DNA of 24,530 nt, taken from positions 1 to 24,530 of the forward strand of contig JASLZZ010000068.1 in the NCBI GenBank assembly GCA_030754595.1. Direction: 5' to 3'. The notes beneath the pieces were generated by a model, which had not been told where the DNA came from, did not search any database, and saw only the letters and a list, made by a program, of their open reading frames with translations. Both the position numbers and the translations under genes were made by a program. The DNA is from Nitrospinota bacterium. GTDB taxonomy: Bacteria > UBA8248. This document shows, one piece after another, positions 22,364-24,530 of this stretch. Position 1 is the first letter of the stretch. The number at the start of each line of letters is the position of its first letter.

Positions 22364-24298
22364 TTGAATCAATTTTATAAAAATTTGGCTTTATGGCTCA
22401 TCATTGGTCTCATCATGGTTGGGCTGTTCCAGGCGTTTAACGGCGCCCGCGCCCTCGACCGAAATATCGTCTACAGCGATTTTATCCGATCCGTAAACCA
22501 GGGGCAGGTCAGCGAGGTTCTTGTCCAGGGAGACAGCATCCGCGGTCGCTACCTCAACGGAAAAGTTTTCCAAACCTTCGCGCCTAAAGATCCGAGCCTA
22601 ATCTCCACACTCAGAAATAAAGGGGTGCGAATCAGCGCCGAACCCGCCGAGCAAAACTCGTGGTATATGAATCTGCTCATGAGCTGGTTCCCGATGCTCG
22701 TCCTGATCGGGGTCTGGATTTTCTTCATGCGACAGATGCACGTTGGCGGCTCCAAGGCCCTCTCCTTCGGAAAGAGTAAGGCGCGCCTTGTCTCCGAGCC
22801 GGATAAAAAGAAAGTCACCTTCAAGGATGTCGCTGGGGTCGAGGAGGCCAAAGATGAACTGGTGGAAATCGTAGAATTCCTTCGGGATCCGCCTAAATTC
22901 ACGCGCCTCGGCGCACGGATTCCCAAAGGGGTGTTGCTGGTCGGCCCCCCCGGAACAGGGAAAACCCTCCTCGCCAGATCTATCGCCGGGGAGGCCGATG
23001 TTCCCTTTTTTCAGAGCAGCGGATCGGGTTTCGTTGAAATGTTCGTCGGCGTCGGGGCCTCCCGTGTCCGCGACCTCTTCGAGCAGGGCAAAACCAACGC
23101 GCCATGCATCGTTTTCATCGACGAAATCGACGCTGTCGGACGCCACCGGGGCGCCGGGCTGGGAGGCGGCCACGATGAGCGCGAGCAAACCCTTAACCAG
23201 CTACTCGTCGAGATGGACGGCTTCGAATCGAACGACGGGGTAATCCTCATCGCGGCGACTAACCGGCCCGATGTTCTCGACCCGGCGTTGTTGCGCCCGG
23301 GCCGCTTTGACCGGCAAATTGTCGTTTCGCTGCCGGACATTAAAGGCCGCCTCAAAATTCTTCAGGTGCACGTCAAGGATATCCCGCTTGATGACTCCGT
23401 TGACCTCAAGCTCATCGCCCGCGGCACCCCCCGTTTCTCCGGGGCCGACTTGGCGAACTTGCTGAACGAATCCGCATTGATCGCGGCCGTTCGGGGTAAA
23501 AATTCCGTCGAGATGGCCGACCTGACTGAGGCCAAGGACAAGGTCTTGATGGGAAAAGAGCGGCGCAGCCTCGTTTTGAGCGAAAAGGAAAAAGAGAATA
23601 CCGCTTATCACGAGGCGGGACACGCCCTCGTGTCTCTGTTCACCCCCGGGACGGATCCGGTGGAGAAGGTAACGATCATTCCGAGGGGGTTTTCCCTGGG
23701 GAGCACCTGGTCGTTTCCGGAAGAGGACCGCTACAGTGAGGACAGGACCTACCTTCGGAATCAACTCACGATTTTGATGGGAGGCCGGGCGGCCGAAATC
23801 CTGGTTTTCGACGAAATGACCACCGGAGCCAAGCAGGATATCCAGAGTTCCACCGAGATTGCCCGAAATATGGTCTGCGAGTGGGGGATGAGCGATGAAC
23901 TCGGGCCTCTTGCCTACGGGAAGAAGAACGAGCAAATTTTCCTGGGGAGGGAGCTATCCCAGTCCCGTGATTACAGCGACTCCATCGCTTTGACAATCGA
24001 CAAGGAAGTCAAGGAATTGGTCACAACCGCCTATGATCGGGCGATAAAGTTGCTTGAAGATAACCGCGCCAAGCTCGACCTTCTGGCACATGCGCTACTC
24101 GAGTACGAGACTCTCGATAAAGACGAGATCAGCACCTTGCTCGAAACAGGGGAGGTTTCGAGTGCGCTAAAGAAAAAATTCGAGAACATCCGGAACGAAG
24201 CCTCAAGCGAACCTTCATCAGATCAGGAGGCGCCTCCGCGTACCCAGAAAGGCGGTCCGCGCCCATCCTCACCGGATTTGGCTCCGGGGCAAGCCTAG
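22364..24298 (+). CDS. ftsH: ATP-dependent zinc metalloprotease FtsH
   Basis: Two TM helices, [17 protein letters not shown] pore loop, [29 protein letters not shown] and HEAGH zinc motif. TTG start. Confidence 0.97.
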   Translation: MNQFYKNLALWLIIGLIMVGLFQAFNGARALDRNIVYSDFIRSVNQGQVSEVLVQGDSIRGRYLNGKVFQTFAPKDPSLISTLRNKGVRISAEPAEQNSWYMNLLMSWFPMLVLIGVWIFFMRQMHVGGSKALSFGKSKARLVSEPDKKKVTFKDVAGVEEAKDELVEIVEFLRDPPKFTRLGARIPKGVLLVGPPGTGKTLLARSIAGEADVPFFQSSGSGFVEMFVGVGASRVRDLFEQGKTNAPCIVFIDEIDAVGRHRGAGLGGGHDEREQTLNQLLVEMDGFESNDGVILIAATNRPDVLDPALLRPGRFDRQIVVSLPDIKGRLKILQVHVKDIPLDDSVDLKLIARGTPRFSGADLANLLNESALIAAVRGKNSVEMADLTEAKDKVLMGKERRSLVLSEKEKENTAYHEAGHALVSLFTPGTDPVEKVTIIPRGFSLGSTWSFPEEDRYSEDRTYLRNQLTILMGGRAAEILVFDEMTTGAKQDIQSSTEIARNMVCEWGMSDELGPLAYGKKNEQIFLGRELSQSRDYSDSIALTIDKEVKELVTTAYDRAIKLLEDNRAKLDLLAHALLEYETLDKDEISTLLETGEVSSALKKKFENIRNEASSEPSSDQEAPPRTQKGGPRPSSPDLAPGQA

Positions 24299-24530
24299 AA
24301 TCTGTCCCAAAACCTGTTTTTCCGCCCTATAATTACGCCATGTACCGCCCACGAAGAAGGAGCGGAGCACGTGGCATGGCATGGAGTGGCCGACGCGCAA
24401 TGGGAAGAGATTCGGGTCCACCTGCCCAGGGCGAAGCGCAGCCCGCAGGGAGGACGGCCCCGGGCCGACGACCGCAAGTGCTTCGAGGGCCTGCTGTGGG
24501 TCCTCTGGACCGGCGCACCCTGGAGCGCGC
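24298..24530 (+). mobile_element. Left end of an IS5-family insertion sequence (IS427-like), truncated by the window edge
   Basis: CTAG at 24295-24298 is followed by (G)AATCTGTCCCAAAA, the putative left inverted repeat. TATAAT at 24328-24333, then a transposase N-terminus. The exact boundary needs the right end. Confidence 0.72.
24371..24530 (+). CDS. IS5-family transposase, N-terminal fragment (DUF4096-like)
   Basis: GTG start with AAGGAG SD: MAWHGVADAQWEEIRVHLPRAKRSPQGGRPRADDRKCFEGLLWVLWTGAPWSA. Matches the D-x-QW..I...LP...GGRP..D.R....G..W...TG..W pattern. Absent from the ORF track because it runs off the end. Confidence 0.88.
   Translation, partial: MAWHGVADAQWEEIRVHLPRAKRSPQGGRPRADDRKCFEGLLWVLWTGAPWSA

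Noticed and set aside
279..24518. Numerous long minus-strand and off-frame ORFs (e.g. 9966-11129, 17022-18188, 18044-18958, 7925-8791)
   Set aside because: Shadow ORFs of GC-rich genes. They have no recognisable motifs and overlap well-supported + strand genes.
1..24530. CRISPR array, rRNA or defence island
   Set aside because: No regularly spaced repeats or rRNA-like segments were seen, and almost all sequence is explained by housekeeping CDS.

Overview
GC-rich chromosomal housekeeping region, with all credible genes on the + strand, from a Gram-negative bacterium. The gene order resembles deltaproteobacterial/Nitrospinota-like lineages (inference only). Order: 3' end of a membrane-protein gene (possibly murJ), xerD, phoH, 7TM-HD phosphodiesterase (PgpH-like), ybeY, HIT hydrolase, lapA, mutS, DUF4390-like exported protein, NtrY-like sensor kinase, a response-regulator receiver domain fused to LpxC, purM, purN, lolA, rseP, ispG, proS, a small 4-Cys protein, tRNA(CAT), tilS, ftsH, then the left end of an IS5-family element at the ftsH stop codon. 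The standout is the protein in the NtrX position. It has an intact phospho-acceptor receiver domain but no AAA+ or HTH output. It is instead fused in frame to a catalytically complete LpxC, the committed-step enzyme of lipid A synthesis, and overlaps the stop of the upstream sensor kinase. This suggests a two-component system whose output is direct control of lipid A synthesis. In the same window lapA has no adjacent lapB, and FtsH carries unusual substitutions. All calls come from motif reading only; no database searches were run.
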